Assembly: GCA_025201805.1 (NCBI GenBank)
Contig: MU619282.1
Location: forward strand, 62,001-126,000
DNA length: 64,000 nt
Reading direction: 5' to 3'
DNA from: Parasitella parasitica NRRL 2501
Taxonomy: Eukaryota; Fungi; Mucoromycota
The translations under genes and the position numbers were made by a program. The notes beneath the pieces are model-generated. The model worked only from the letters and a program-made list of their open reading frames with translations. It was not told the origin of the DNA and did no database searches. Shown here piece after piece: positions 62,163-64,000 of this stretch. Every line of letters starts with the position of its first letter. Positions within the stretch are counted from its first letter, which is position 1.

Positions 62163-63694
62163 TTAATCTGATCGGCGGACAAAGCCAATAGAAAAGTTCT
62201 TGGTAAACAGCATGGCAGGATGGTCGATCTTTCTCATAAAAGGAGGCAAAATGAGCGTGGATTGGTTCAAGGTATTTACAAGTTGTTGGCAGTGGCCATC
62301 GGGGTATATCAAATGGTCGGTTGACTTGTCGTTTGACCATAATGTAACGTATTTTTTCACATGCTGTTCGTCTTGTACGCTTGTTGGACTACAGTCCAAA
62401 TAGATTACCTTCATGACTCTTTCTCGCACTAGTGAATGGCTGCTGTTCTCAGCATACCCATTATTATGAACAACGTTTGTATCCCAATTAAACAACCATA
62501 TCTATTGGCGTTATCGAGTTAGTGGCGCCTTCTAAAAGACAGCTACTTGTACGTACCAGTGCATAAATTCGTTGACTTTGACGGCCTTGTATCAAAAAGC
62601 GATGAGTGGCATGGATTTTTGCAGCATTGACAAGATCAGATACCAGGAAATCAGTAAATACAGGCTGTTCAAGGGGATTAGGTGTCAAATCAATGCAATA
62701 TTTGAATAATTTAACTGCCAGCAGTTGCATTTCATCATCTTCCATGCAATAATGTCCCTCCCCAACGGCATTTTGGCATTTTGAGCAATTAATAGCTATC
62801 CACTTTGTCAAAGTACCTCGATCCCACTACAAAAAAAAAAGTGATTATTAGTATTTGACGGTACTAGCTAAACACGAAATGCATGTATGGTATGGTAGTA
62901 GTTTGTCCAAAAGAATCGAAATCCTTTAAAGAGAATACATCTATCTCTCCACAAACTGTTGAATGCCACGGTAAATGTTAATTTTGGATTTTTGTATCGT
63001 TCAGCGATAATATCTAACGTATCGCCGACCTTCTTGAAATCCTTTTTCGTTTAGGGAGTGGGTGGTGGTTTTTTCTACTTACGTTTGATCTTTTTGATAC
63101 CACCGAATCTGGCTGCAGAGAGTCCTTTATGATGTTATCAGGGTGTATCAGAAAGTAAGTTGTGCCAACCAACAATACATGAGGTCGCGCAAGAATGGGC
63201 TTCATACGCGCTCGATGTTCTTCAGGTTTTGTTTCATGGCAGATCCAGCACTCAACCAGCTCGTACCAATGTTCAGAAGGCAAATCCTTGATCTTGTATT
63301 CTATGGCAGAGTCAAGAAACCCTTGAGCACAGTGCCGGCATTGTATTTGCTTCTCAGGAGATTGCTTCAGCAGTTGCTTGGATGTCCACCATTCTTTCAC
63401 ATCATTTTGTTGAGAACGTAAAGGAACAGGGGGCTTTAACAAAGATAACTTGATTTCCCAAGGTTTCAACTCGTCTTTGTCAGCGGGTGGTAGACTATTT
63501 GGCTGAGCCACCACGAGGTTTTGAGTGGAAATAGCAATATCAATCGAGCTCAAGTCAGCAACGATTTCGTTTTTAAGAACAAGAGCACTATCTTTGACCT
63601 GCAGATACTCTGCTACATCGCATGTCGACTCGGCGGCTATCGTAGCACGAAGAACATTGATATTGCTTAGTTCTTCGGCAAAAAAAGGAATCAT
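62163..63694 (-). CDS. HECT_2 / UBE3D (Ipa1-like) E2-binding protein, 2 introns
   Basis: FAEELSNI start, CRHC, DLPSEHWYELVECWICH, CSKC...G, C-terminal STLILPP. Confidence 0.85.
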
Positions 63695-64000
63695 AGTAGC
63701 AAACGAAAAGCGCGTTTGACAGGAAAAGACTTGAAGCAGCTTTTATAACAATGGTCACTAAAAATACGCCACTCTTACAGGTCTCAAAATTTTGCATAGC
63801 AAGTTGTTTGATGTTTATGTTTGAATTTATGGACTGTAAGCTCTGCAATACATATAGAAATCAACGACGCATGTATGCATCAAGTGAAATAGACTTTTTT
63901 TTTTTGGCTAGTGACAAAGTGAAAAGTTTTCATCTTTATTTAAAATGGCAACATCATAAAACATTAACCACCTACAGACCTCTGAATTACACCAAATGAT

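Noticed and set aside
61195-63694. F-box/LRR and HECT_2 genes only ~140 bp apart as a ubiquitin cluster
   Set aside because: Short spacing occurs elsewhere in this window and nothing indicates a shared pathway
1-64000. CRISPR arrays, prokaryotic defence systems, secondary-metabolite cluster or mating-type locus
   Set aside because: Intron-containing fungal housekeeping region; no repeat-spacer array, no PKS/NRPS/terpene synthase, and no HMG sex gene with tptA/rnhA neighbours

Overview
Eukaryotic, AT-rich fungal scaffold segment with short introns. Gene content, intron style and TE relics point to a Mucorales mould (inference). About 23 protein-coding genes are supported: a GH18 chitinase, a BI-1/LFG protein, two tandem VTC4-type polyphosphate polymerases, transportin (Kap104), a truncated CLASP/Stu1, TCTP, TM9SF/Emp70, an RFX factor, M18 aspartyl aminopeptidase, a Crt10-like WD protein, AKTIP/FTS, a HAL-family kinase, an ArAE/FUSC transporter, an aldo-keto reductase, a CAMKK-type kinase, two tandem Mid2-like sensors, a kelch membrane protein, Ytp1, an F-box/LRR protein and a HECT_2 protein. 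Intergenic DNA holds a decayed Tc1-type transposon with intact inverted repeats, LTR-like relics, a ~550-bp inverted dispersed repeat pair and probable pseudogenes. There are two N gaps (3818-4017, 19257-19266). No tRNA, rRNA or CRISPR array was recognised. The best candidates for new biology are (1) the VTC4 pair, where one copy has lost basic tunnel residues and may be an independently evolved Vtc2/3-like accessory subunit, (2) a natural single-TOG mini-CLASP, and (3) Mid2-like paralogs with divergent ectodomains but homogenised TM/tail regions. Exon boundaries were read by eye and all family calls are from motif recognition, not database searches.
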